DNA from: Azolla caroliniana
Lineage: Eukaryota > Plantae > Polypodiophyta
Direction: 5' to 3'
Assembly: GCA_043228905.1 (NCBI GenBank)
Contig: JBHGNT010000021.1
Span: forward strand, 11,904,001-11,968,000
DNA: 64,000 nt
In this document: positions 1 through 12,154 of the stretch, piece after piece
How the letters are laid out: every line of letters begins with the position of its first letter
Numbering within the stretch: position 1 is the first letter of the stretch
Notes under the pieces: model-generated
Told to the model about the DNA's origin: nothing
The model's input: the letters and a program-made list of their open reading frames with translations, nothing else
Database searches by the model: none
Made by a program: the position numbers and the translations under genes

Positions 1-1216
1 CGAAGATTTTGTTCGGACTTGTAATACATGTTGCAGAGCAAAAATGCCAAGGCATCATCCATATGGTTTATTAGAACGATTACCAATTCCAAGCAAGCCA
101 TGGCAATCCATTACCATAGATTTCATCACAGATCTTCCGGTCTCTAAGGGATTTGATGCGATCTTAACAGTAGTAGATCGATATACGAAGATGGCCCATT
201 TCCTGCCATGTACTAAGGAAATCTCCAGTGAAGAAACCACTGAAATTGTCATGTGTGAAGTATGTCGGCATCATGGCCTTCCTGATAATATCATCAGCGA
301 TCGTGGACCCCAATTCATCTCAAAGTTTTGGAAGCACCTCTTTAAAATGCTTAAGGTCACTTGTAACCTCTCCTCCAACTACCACCTGCAAACAAACGGC
401 CAAGCAGAACGAACAAATCAAACGCAGGAGCAGTATCTTTAGTGCTTTTTAAGCTATCATCAAGATGATTGGGCGGATATTCTCCACTTCGCCGAATTTG
501 CGTATAATAACTCTATCCACTCATCGACAAAGGTGACACCATTTTATGCTTACACGAGCTATCACCCTCGGTGGTGTGTATTTGAAACCCCAGAGTTACC
601 CACAAATCCTTGTGTAGAGGATTGTTTGGAGCGGCTACGTAAGATACAAGCGGATTTATCTACTCATCTACAACAAGCTCAACAAACACACAAGGTTTAT
701 GCGGATCGTCATCAGCATCCATCCAATTTTGACATTGGAGATCGGGTGTGGCTACTACGACGACACATCAAGACTACTCGTCCATGCAAGAAGTTGAATT
801 ACCGACGATTAGGTCCTTTCCGTATTATCGGAAAAATTAATGATGTCACTTTTCATCTCGATCTACCTCCACAACTTCGGATACATCTGGTGTTTCATAG
901 TTCTCTCCTCGAACCCTATCAAGACAGCACCATCCCAGGTCGTATTAAACAACCTCCACCCCCGATCGAACTTGAAGATGGACCTGAGTACGAGGTTGCC
1001 ATCATCCTTGATTCCAAGATTGTTCACAACAAGATCTACTATTTAGTCGATTGGCTAGGATATAGTCCCAGCGAGCGTACTTGGGAACCAATAGAGAATG
1101 TGACCAATGCTCGTGCTCTTCTTAAAGACTTCCATTGTCAATATCAAGACAAACCAGGTCCTCAATCCAAAACGACTCGTGACACTCATCGTTTTAAAGG
1201 GGGGATAGTGTCATGA
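1..1216 (+). mobile_element. Ty3/gypsy chromovirus pol 3' remnant: integrase core plus C-terminal chromodomain, interrupted by a stop at 440-442
   Basis: ORF 44..442 has PWQSITIDFITDLP / IISDRGPQF / GQAERTNQ integrase motifs. ORF 533..1216 has GPF and EYEV...YLVDWLGY...TWEP (chromodomain). Polypurine tract AAAGGGGGGATAG precedes TGTCATG at 1209. Confidence 0.93.
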
Positions 1217-1450
1217 TATGGCAAGACTTGAACCCATGACCTTATGTTACATGGGTCGAGCTCTTGACCCATGTAACATTTAGGTTTTACTATAGAAAAT
1301 TGATGTATATTCCAGATTTCTCTGGAACATTCTAGAAACTTTAGGAGTACTCCTGAAAACACTATAAAAGGTGACACAAGGCATTATTTCGAACCAAATC
1401 AGTTCAACGCTAGTTTTAAGCCTCCTAGCTACTATTGTATATTCCCTTAA
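1209..1450 (+). repeat. 5' part of the chromovirus 3' LTR (right end uncertain)
   Basis: Starts TGTCATG right after the PPT. Shares the CTTGAACCC..GACC, CTGGAACATTCTAGAA and CTATAAA layout with the LTR starting at 45754. Confidence 0.7.
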
Positions 1451-1679
1451 CATAAAAAATATATATATATATCATAATTAGCTTACTCTAGCGGTAAGTT
1501 GATAACACTACAAGCATTGTGTCTTGGGTTCGAAACCCAATTTCCTCACCTCTCCATTATATACTTCATATATATCTCTATTTCACTAGATGCCACTGTG
1601 GAATGTAGGGGTTGAACCCATGACCACATGGTCTCCATTGAGCAACCTTACCAACTAAGCTACATCCATCTGGGCTCTC

Positions 1680-1967
1680 TCACTCACTCACTCTTTCCTT
1701 CTCTCGAGAGTTCTACACCTCCCTTAGTACTAATCCTCATCTTTTAGTACTAATTCCTTCTCAATTTTAGTACTGTTCCTAACAGTACTTCTCTGTCTTA
1801 GTACTACTCTTGACAGTTTGAAGCCCTTCTTGGTCGATCCGGTCAGTTGTTTCCGGATACCGATCCAGCTCATGGTTCCGGATATCGATCTGGCTCATCC
1901 TTCCGGACGCCAATCCGGGTCAGGCTTATCCAGCCGATCCAGATCTGGTTGAGCTTGCCTCTCAACA
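1680..1967. repeat. LTR fragment related to the copia LTR at 59733-60199
   Basis: CCGGATACCGATCC-type short repeats and terminus CCAGATCTGGTTGAGCTTGCCTCTCAACA match 60060-60199 (CCAGATCCGGTTGAGCTTGTCCGCTCAACA). Confidence 0.7.
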
Positions 1968-3829
1968 AATTCTATATCTACTAATTCATAGTTTGTCTCC
2001 TCTCTACTTTTTATCTCTCCTCTCTCTTACTTTTTACACGAGCTTCTATACCTCCTTTCCACCCTTTCTTTTCCCTTTTCTTTTGCATGTGCACAATTAA
2101 TTGCCTTTGTGTGACACACATTGCACATGCACATTTTGACCCCCCCTTTCGCCGGTTTTTCCCACACTCGAGCATGTCGCCACATCACGACAACAGGCTC
2201 GGGACTCGGATAAACGTGGGGCAGATGGAAACAGAAATGGAGATGCAGACTCAACACAGAGAATAATCGGATATAACAAAAATGAAATGGATTAAGCAGC
2301 AAAGGAATACAACCGGAGTCGGCCGGCAACAGAGCTTCGCGCTCTGCACACACACACATATAGAACAATGAGCCTCTAGTCGGGAGCACACTGGCTTCCT
2401 ACGCGAGCAAAGGCCTCATCTTCTTCCCAAATCGAAACAACGCAAAAACAGAGAGATTTGGATCTCAAACCAACATCACTTCTCCTTCCAAAATGATGGA
2501 ACCCCTCTTAGTTTTCTCTCCCTCCTTTTATAACTCAAGGAGAGAGAGACCGTTACATCAAGCTATTAAGACAACCGCTTTTCTGTCCCCCTTGATTCTC
2601 TTCTCCATCTCCTCCCCTCAATCACCATTACTCCTCTCTATACGTGTGATCTTAAAGTACCTATCAACCAATCCTACCTAGTATTCATCAACACTCAACC
2701 AATACTATGTTATTTACACAAGTTTGTACATAAAGACCATTTCGTGTGCATCCGTGCACACGCACGGTCTGTGAGGTTTCTCCTAGGAGCCGGAATCCTC
2801 CACGACAACGTGATGGCTATGAAATTCCTTCCTGTCAGAGAGGGATCTCTACCAAGATTCTCTCCTTGCTTTCCTCACCCGCCTCTCACCTTCCTCCTAA
2901 ATGTGAACCTAAGTACATACAACCAATTTCTTTTCAGTACACCTTTTCGCACTTTATATTTGACTACTCCTTTTTATATCGTATTTACTTTTCCTAACAT
3001 GCACATGTTTGATTTACCCTCTTTTCATAGATTTTCTCGTCGTAGCCGGAAATCTTGACGACAACAAGTTGAGGAGCATGAGACCGGACGAGTTGTGGAG
3101 TGCAAGCAAGGAGGTGTGAAGCTAGGAGAAGCCGGAGTGGAGGATCAACTGGATCTGATAAGTGGGGCCTCAAGTTGAGATTGAGGAGGACTGTTGAGTG
3201 ACAAACTCAACATGGGCTGGTTGGCTAGAGAAGCCGAAAACCGGATTAGACACAGGTCGAAGGACTAGGCTCGGATTGGCTAAAAGAAGTCATAAGTCGA
3301 ATCGGTTGGCTGGGTTGACTGGAGGCCAATAGGTCGTTGGTAGCTATATTCCTATTTTAGTAAATAGGAATATTGTAAGTTGTTAGTGTCAGATGCTTAG
3401 TTAATGAGTATTAATGTACTAGTCAGTACTTTTGTCAATCCTTTGTCAAGTCGACTTGTATTAAAGGTGCTCAATGAGCTCATCATTATGTACACTGGAG
3501 TTTATTGTAATAGATGTTGTTTTTGTTGTCTGCTCAACTCTATCTCTCTCTCCCTACATTCTCTGTGTATACTTAACTGTCTGCGGGTATCTAGCCAAGC
3601 CGAGTGTGTGTTCTCTATGCCCAAGCTTCCAAACCTAATTCTTTTCAGGTACTTCCTTTATTATTATTTTCTATTCTTTCTTCCCCCATTCTAATCATGT
3701 TTATGTCGATATGTAATCATTTCAATGATTCATTTATGTTGTAGTGGTAATACTTTGGTTGTATAATGTGTACATATGTTACATATGCGTATGAGGTCAA
3801 TACCTTCATTGTTATAGTCCTTGTATGTA

Positions 3830-4871
3830 TGGCTTTCAACCACAAGCCTCGATTGATGTTAATATACATCATGATGAGTTGTGAAGCATGCAATTTAACT
3901 TTCTAAGGGATATGCAAGATATGTTACATACTACACGAGAGAATATAAAAATAGCTCAAGATAGAGCAAATTTTTATGCCGACCATAATAAGCAACCTTT
4001 TGTATTCAACCCTGGACAGACGGTGTACCTCACAATTCTAAGACATTGTCTATGAGTAATTGTGCTAAGTTATCCCCACGGTTTTGTAGACCTTTAACAA
4101 TCCTCAAACGCATTGGTTCATAAGCCTATCATCTCACTCTTCCTGATGGTGTCGAAATCCATCCAATTTTTCATGTAAGTTGTTTAACAGAATTTCTTGG
4201 TTCTAGCGACAATACAGTTATTACTGAAACTCTGGTTACTTCGAAGATTTAGTTTCTAAACAACATGTACCATAGAAAATTCTCGATGTTAAAACAAAAC
4301 ATTTGCTTTCTAAAACAATCCGAGAATTTAAAATTACATGGATGGATAAATCTATAAAAGATGCTACATGGAAACGAGAAAACACCATTAAATTTAGCTT
4401 CCCTAACTTTTCATTGAAAGAATACAATGTTTTAAAGAGGGGGAATATGTTACATGCATGACCATAAATTATCCCATGGTAAGTTTGTACCATAGTATTC
4501 TATACATGTGGATAAAGTGTGAGGGTCAAATAAGAGTGTAAAGAAGGGATGATTACTTTTAATCCTAGGAATTGAGACAACCCATAAGGGCCAAGTGTGA
4601 AATTACTTGGGGGCTTAGGTTTGGCTATAAATATGACTACACCGAGACTATAATCTTGTGGTGATCAAACTCTTGTAGTGAGTGCGCTAGAACCAAGTCT
4701 GAGTCAATGCCAAGGCGGTGGTGGTATGGGACGCTAATCAAGGCTCGAGTCCGTCTCGATCCCTTCACTCAAGGGTGGTTGGGTGGATCGACACCCTTCT
4801 TTATCTCTCCTTTCTTATCTAACTATCTATTATTTCATTGTCGTATGCTTACATTAGGATTAAGCCTAACA
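3830..4871 (+). mobile_element. Decayed Ty3/gypsy 3' end with PPT and LTR (4448-4871)
   Basis: Degenerate integrase-tail codons (KLSPRFC.PLTILKRIG..AYHLTLPDGVEIHPIFHVS). PPT AAAGAGGGGGAATA is followed by TGTTA...TAACA termini. Confidence 0.75.
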
Positions 4872-6393
4872 GTCATCATTGATGATCTCTTCTAAAGTGG
4901 TGAGGGTGTATATTGTTGTTAGTACACTCTGAAGTGTTAGGTCAATTGTTTTTTGGGTAGATGATTGAGTGTGTTGAGTTAGGTTGGGTTGTCGAGAGTA
5001 ATTGGATCTACAATGGTTACTCAACTAAGTTTTATAGGACATTCAACTACTTGACGCATTGTCAACTCGTTGAAGAAAACATCCAAACTTCGAACAATTT
5101 GTTTTGTCTCGAGGTCAACAATCTATAAGCAATGTTTCCATCATAACTGTGGCCAAGAAAGATGTAATTTCAAGAGAGAGACTCCAGCTTTCTTCTCTCA
5201 TCCTTGGGCACAAGGGAACATGCTTTACATCCAAAAATTCACAACTTGTCATGTTTGCCTATATAGAGCTCTTGCAGGATTTTGAGGTTGAGGGGTCTAC
5301 TCTGGGACATGATGATTATGTGCACTACAATGAGTAGAACTTCAACCCAAAAACCATCAAATAAACTCGAGTGCTTCATCATGGCAATAATTCTCTCTTG
5401 AATTGTTTGCTTCATATATTCGTCAATGTAATTCTACTCCAAGCTTTATTTTATGGTGGCATGAATTCATGTCCAAAACCTCTATGTTTGCACAATAATG
5501 GGTCGCCAAGCAAGTAGGAGATTGGTTCCCTTTGTGGATCGACCACCCTCTTGTCAAGAAGCTTGTTAGAAAACCGACTTCATCGAGTTGTCCAACTGAG
5601 ATAAGACGCTAGCTCAAATTGGGACATTTTGGATGTCATGTAAAACTAGAGTACAACCACCGAGAAGATTAAGATTGATCAATGAGTTGTGGAAGTGTTA
5701 ACGGAATGGAAACATCTATTGATTGTGGGGGCATGATCTCCTGCCCATTAATTACATCAAACTCTTTCCATCATAAAGTGAACCCTACTAGCAAGATGGC
5801 AACACCCTTTCCTCCATGCCCGAATCCTCACCCTTTTTAAGAAGTATGGCGGGCTAGAATGTGGCCCTATAGTGGCCAAATCAAACTCCCAATAATTGGT
5901 GCCATCCATCACACCCGGTGCATTAAGGCAAATTCTCTAAGAGTCATCTAAACATCTCTGAATATTAAGAGTTGGGATCTGTTTCAAACTTACCAATATA
6001 TAAAAAAGTTAAAACTCTCACAAGTGCTGATGGAGAACATAAAGAGCTTTCCAAATCTCAACTATATGGTGCATTGACTGACCATAGGAAAAATGGAGCA
6101 ATAATAAGGGTTTGTGTAGTCAGTGATAGAAATTTTCACGTTAAATAAAAATTGTTACAACAATTTCGTTATATATAGACACGCAAATGCAAAAACCAAG
6201 CATTACTAGGCAACCCTTGAGAACCAGTCAACCTGAAGATCCCACCTCAGAAGTACCAATTGACTTTGCCGCTGCATCATAAATCCCATTTTAATTTTAT
6301 GTAGGAAGTTCAATCCTTGTGTATGGTAGCAAATCAATGGTCTCCATCAACAATTTAAACCAGACGCAGAAATAGAACCAAAGGAACTCAATG

Positions 6394-9300
6394 TCAGTGA
6401 TGATCTCGATGCATGTCAGCCTCTTGCTTGGTTTGCCTTTGATCTCTTAAGAGCCGTAAGAGATTTTTTGCCTGCAGATGGTAAATATCATTTAGAAAAA
6501 CTCGCTATAGTACGAAAATCCTTAGAGCTAAATTAAATGTTACATAAGCATACACACAATGCCAGAATCATACAAAGGCCATAAGGTCATTGATTGACAG
6601 ATGAAAGCAGTTTGGACTGGAAAGGTTTCATGGAATGAAAGAGCTCGCCACACTCATGGAACTGTAATCAAAATTAATTCGAAAAATACTTGCCAAAAGA
6701 ACCCCAATCATTTCCACATGGCATGGCCTGTGAGTTGAGTTGGTAAGTGTGAATCTGGGGCATGACTATGATATAAACACATCCAGACCATAGCTGTGAC
6801 ACAGAAGGTGGTAATAATCTATATGAACTGACCGTCCATGGGCAACAGCTCAGGGATATTTTTCTTGGGCCAAGATCAGATCTTTGGCCTTATGACTCCT
6901 TACGGTTAAACCCAGCATTAGGTTGGATTATACTTGTTTCTAGTCGTACATACGAATATTCACGGGATCATTCTGTCATTGACCCCTTGCTAGCACTTCC
7001 TCTCTGGGGGCATTCCATTGTCTTGAGAGCCCCACGTTTCAATATTCATTTCATCGTTAATTCCTGCTGATTCACCATACATAGGCGAATAAGAGGCAGT
7101 CAGCACCTTACATCTAATGTTTTGGTTTTGTGATATCTGATCACCTGACTAACAGCAAAAGTGAGAGAAACGGGACCAAAAAAACATTACCTTTTCCTTT
7201 GCCCTATTTGTTCCCGATCTTGCCAAGGCAGCAAGAGGTGGAATTGCCCCTTCTTGCAGAACAGATATTCGGAACTTTATATTATGCGAACATAAAAGTA
7301 AGAGAGCTGCTGTGGCATTCTCTTTGCCCCGTTGTGACCCCGTCTCAACCACCTCTACCAAGCCTGATATCCCACCATGAACTTCACCAATGGATGCCAC
7401 TCCCTCCGGAATATGAGCAAGATTGTGGATGACTGCAACTGCTTTGTCCACCAATCCGGCAGCAGGATCAGACATGAGTGCAACTAGTGGCTTCACTGCA
7501 TTCGACCTCACGATCTTCAACTTGTTCCTGGGCTCTGTTGAGAGATAATATAAAGCTTGGACTGCATCCTTCTTGCCTCGTGGTGAACCATTGATAAGAA
7601 GATCAATTAGCAGTGGAATTGCAGCAGACTGACCAATCGCGGCTTTGTTCTCATTATCCATAAGAGATAAACTAAATAATGTTGCAGCTGCGTTCTCTTT
7701 GGCAGCCGGGGTACCCACAGTGAGGACATGAGCTAGAGAATCAATTGGATTGGCTGTGGAAATCTCAGACTTATTATTGTCATTAATTGACAAGTTCAGC
7801 AAAGCTGTCACGGCATTCTCTTGTATTTCAGGATCAGCCGAATGCAACAAAGAGACCAAAGGTCGAATGGCTCCACATTTAGCAATAATAATTCTGTTTT
7901 GTGTGTTATGCCTGGTAAGGAGCCTTAGGTCTTTAACAGCAATACTCTGGGCATCTGCGGAAGGTGATTGAAGATCCTTCAGCAGGGCTTGCACCTGTAG
8001 TTGGAATATGTCTTCATCATCTCCCGATAAATTTGGTTCTACTGGACCAATTCTCTGCACAGCTGAGTAATTATTTTGTGTGCTTCTGTTACTCGAGCCA
8101 GAGCCACGATTATCTGAAATTACATTTGATCTACGCTCCTCATTGTATGCTGCAATACTTGAAGATGCAAGATATCTATCGCCAGAGAAATCTTTTTGCA
8201 AACTCAATGCTCCAATGCTATCGTCAATGCTTGATCCATTGCATGCATTTAGAGCATGAATACTTGAATTCCCCATAGCCTCTATCACACTAAAACTTCC
8301 ATCTTCCCTAGTACGAGGATCATCATCCAGCGTAATCTGAGATTCAGAGGAATTCCCCCCATGTGGCCTTAATGCATCCGGGGATGGCTCTTCGCTCACT
8401 ATATGGTTCACAGTGCCATTGGTCGGCTTTTCAGCGACAGGAAGAGACATGCCATTTGATTCAGACCAGTTGGCGATCAAAAACTTAACATTATAATTGG
8501 GAATAAGATTCATATGAGCCAGCTGTTTCCTGCTCTTTGGACAGCTAGTATTCCCTTGGTCAAACCACTGCTGTATGTTTACTCTTTCGTACGTCTGCCC
8601 AGATGCAACAATTACTGGATCTTTCATCAGTTCCAACGACAGAGGACACCGAAAATCTGTAGGAATTGAGATCTTATGCTCATGCTCTAATAATTGCTTC
8701 TGTTCTGCCAAATCGTCTGCCATCTGCGTCATTAAAATAATCAATAGATTTATAAATTCTTCATCCACTTTCTCTTTATTCAAGTGAGCTTTATTCCTTT
8801 CCTTCTCGAGTAAGCATGCTTCTCTCAGAATCTCTTGATTGCACGTCAAATCGAGTTTTTCCCCAATATCTACAAGCATACTGTGGCTCAGCTTTACGCC
8901 TTTCTTAATCTCCATCAAAGCATTTGCAATCTCTTCATGAAGTCTTTCCTCTAGAGAATCCATATGAAAATTATGAGTCTCAAGTTGATTTGAACATAAC
9001 ACAACCTGGAAGCCAAAAAGACAAGGCACAGAATTAAACTATGTTGGTATAAGAACATAAAAGGGCTAAAATGCTGACATCTCAGAACATTTCTCTCAGT
9101 TAAGATATGCATGCTTATGTACTTGCTCTTGTATATGATCTGACAGTTGCAGTGTTCTCAGTGGAAATAATCTTAGGCCGGATTGCAAATCCATCGATAG
9201 TTCTGCAAACGCCTTCAAAATCCTTTGTTTCAGAAGCACCTGAGAACATAAGCACAATACTAGATTAAGCAACTAAACATTGCACGACGAGACAACCTAG

Positions 9301-11102
9301 TTACCACTGAAATAGCTTAAAGTCAGAGTCTGGAGAAAAAACATACTAGGTACCCCAGTTTCAGTCACTGGGAGGAGTTATGTTTGTTTGCTTTCATGAC
9401 ATTATTTAATCATTGCAATTTTTATAGGGGGTTGGCAAAGTTCAAAGCGGATCCGAAAAAGATTAAATGGAAAGCCAGGATAATCTAAGTTACATGAAGT
9501 ATTCAAGGCATCAAGTTTGGCCAAGTTAGTCAGATATTGTTATTCGGAATGCATTGGTCGCCCAAAGAACAGAAGTTCTACTTATGGACATTGTTTCTCT
9601 GTAATATTTGGGGTAATTTGTTGGACAACTTAGTGTCTCATTGCTCCTGAGTGGAAGCAAAGCATAAGGCGGTGATCTATGTTGGATGTGAAGCAATGTT
9701 ACAGCTAAAAAGCAATTAAAATAGCGGATTCCAATGCCAAACCTAGATAGACGCGACAACCAATGTTGCATTGCTTCCGCAAAGAATGCCATGTTCCATG
9801 GGGAGATCAGGCATGTTGAGAGCTCATTGCAGGTGAGATGGTGAAGTTGAAGCATTTCCATCAGTGAAGTGGACGTCCTTACAGAAGCTCTAGGGCCAAA
9901 TAAAGAAGTTATAGCAGAGCATCGATGTGGCAGAGAACCAACATGCAGAAGAAGTGGATTATGCAACAATTTAGGCCACTGGATAATGCAGGAGTTTGCT
10001 GAAGAAAAAGATAAAGCGGGAGTCCAGAGGACTGGTGATCCAGATTGAGCATATAAATGAATTGAGGGGAAAACAGATCTTATACAACTGTAGTCAATAA
10101 CGTCATGGGTTGAGGAGCTAATGCACTGGGCTGGGTTAGCCATTAGGGTCAACCCAAACTATGAGCACGATACATCCATCTTTTCACAGTTTAGATTGAC
10201 GGATATGGAATGGAAGATTTTTCCCATCTCGTTTCTATTTCAGAGGTTGTAAGAGAATCCGAACAGGTGCCTAATCTCAGATTCCCTCAGAGCGGAGATA
10301 ATAAAAAAAGAACCAACATATAACATTATGGCACAATTTACACATGTCTTCATAAATGCGTGGTATCCAGCCCATAAATTTTCGAACGACTTAGTCTACA
10401 AATCACCAGTCACACAGATGATCTGCCATATTAATTATTGGCACAACGTTTCCATCTTCATTTCGTCATATCTCTTTCTTCAAACATCATCACTAGCCAA
10501 ATCAAAGCACACTAACTGATAAACTCTAGTTATCGTGCTCTTAGACAATTTCCTGAGAACTAATTAACCCTGCTTTCCTCATGCCTGAATGGCAACCTCA
10601 AGGAAAACGCACACTACTTTATTTTTCCTCCAAAACAAAGCAAGAGCACTGCCAAGCTGCTTTGTCAATTCTCTAAACCTTATTATCCCCTTATCATCCA
10701 GGATGCATATGAAAGGCTCAAATGTAAGAGACATGCCATGGATGTAGAGGAATCATACATATTATTAAGAAGAAAAACAAATGATTATGGGAAAAAGTAG
10801 ACAAGAGTTACAATTTCTCTAGAACTTACCGGCAAGGATTTGCTAGTCTTTCCCGCACATTTCTCCAGAAGTTCTTTCATTTTCAAGCACACGGCCTCTA
10901 GTGTGTGAAGATGGGACACCTCATCATCATTTAGGGGCCCACTGGTTTCTTGAAGCTCTTCAAACAGGGTACTCACAACCTTCATACACTCGACCCAACA
11001 TTGAACATTTGGTTTATAGTATATTGCGTTCTCTGAAATCATAGTTATATCCTGAAAGAGATGGCATAGCTTCTGCATGATTGGAGCATTGTCCACGTCC
11101 AT
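6394..11102 (-). CDS. Plant U-box/ARM-repeat E3 ubiquitin ligase with UND domain (PUB2/PUB3/PUB4-like), ~760 aa; exons 11102-10830, 9239-9123, 9005-7191, 6471-6394
   Basis: U-box IPTDFRCPLSLELMKDPVIVASGQTYER..IQQWF...CPKS. ARM repeats (QENAVTALLNLSIN, GSPRGKKDA, GSQRGKENA, GTNRAKEKA). All introns are GT-AG, phase 0, and the frame is continuous to TGA at 6394. Confidence 0.93.
9480..10150 (-). mobile_element. Possible decayed LINE 3' fragment in PUB intron 1
   Basis: Coding-like composition and a 208-aa ORF inside an intron, with no clear motif. Family assignment is tentative. Confidence 0.3.
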
Positions 11103-11424
11103 GCTCCTGTAGAGATTGACAAGAAAAGGACTGTCGGCTGCAGAAGAATAAGGGTATCTAATAGGCTAAAGTAGATATTATATATAAGATGAGCAAAAAA
11201 ACGTAGGAAGCAAAGGAAAATGTGTACAAATTTAAAGAGAGATCAAAGGACAGGAGGGGAGGGGTGGATTCAGAACAGATAAGAAGAATCGGACAGAGAA
11301 GGAACAGGAACGCATGGGATGGAAATTTGTAAAAAAGCCAAAGTGTTGCCTTCACCTACCTTACCTTGCTCCTCCTCTTTCTTTCTTCTTTCTTCTTCTG
11401 TCTTCTGATGATGAACACTGAATT

Positions 11425-11475
11425 TGTGTGTGTATGTCTGTCTGTCTGGACTCTCTCTGTCTGTATGTATGTATG

Positions 11476-11522
<47 letters not shown>

Positions 11523-11771
11523 TTCTGTATGGTCTGTATGTAGTAGTAGGAACTTGGAAGGAATGGAAGGAAAAGGAAGAGGGGGGAATTGAGTGACTGG
11601 GTCGTCATCACATTCTGTAGTGTTGTGTTGTGTTGTGTTGTGTCCGAAAGTCAATTCAATCGGCGGAGGATATTACATACCATACCATATCATACCATAC
11701 CATTAACATAACGTTAACATATGTATATGTGTATATCATTGTATACATAGATAGATAGCTTAAAGATAGTC

Positions 11772-11812
<41 letters not shown>
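11425..11812. repeat. Microsatellite cluster (GTCT)n/(GTAT)n/(CT)n/(GTGTT)n/(CATAC)n upstream of the PUB start codon
   Basis: Directly visible tracts, including (CT)n at ~11480-11520 and ~11775-11812. Confidence 0.9.
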
Positions 11813-11815
<3 letters not shown>

Positions 11816-12154
11816 AGGTAGCATCCTCCCAAATATGTATTAAGAAGGGAAGCTAAGAAGAAGATCTCAAAGTTTGGGCAAAAGGAAAGGAATTTAAAGA
11901 TTCCTTAAAGTCAACCGTCAAGGAATAAAAAGATTGACCGTCAATTTCCTATTTTTATAGCGAGACAAGAAAAGAATTTTTCAAATGAAAAGGACCACTA
12001 ATTTCTTGATGAAAGAATTTGTCAAACGAGAAAGTTTTGGGCTCTACCATATGAAATGCTAGATGACTTCGTAGGGGAAGTTCTTAACCAACGTCACAAC
12101 GTGAGAAACTAAATGGACCCCATAAATCAATGACTCTCACTCCATTAGTGTTAG

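Noticed and set aside
4900-6100. Possible further TE coding remnant
   Set aside because: No motif could be identified with confidence, so it was left unannotated.
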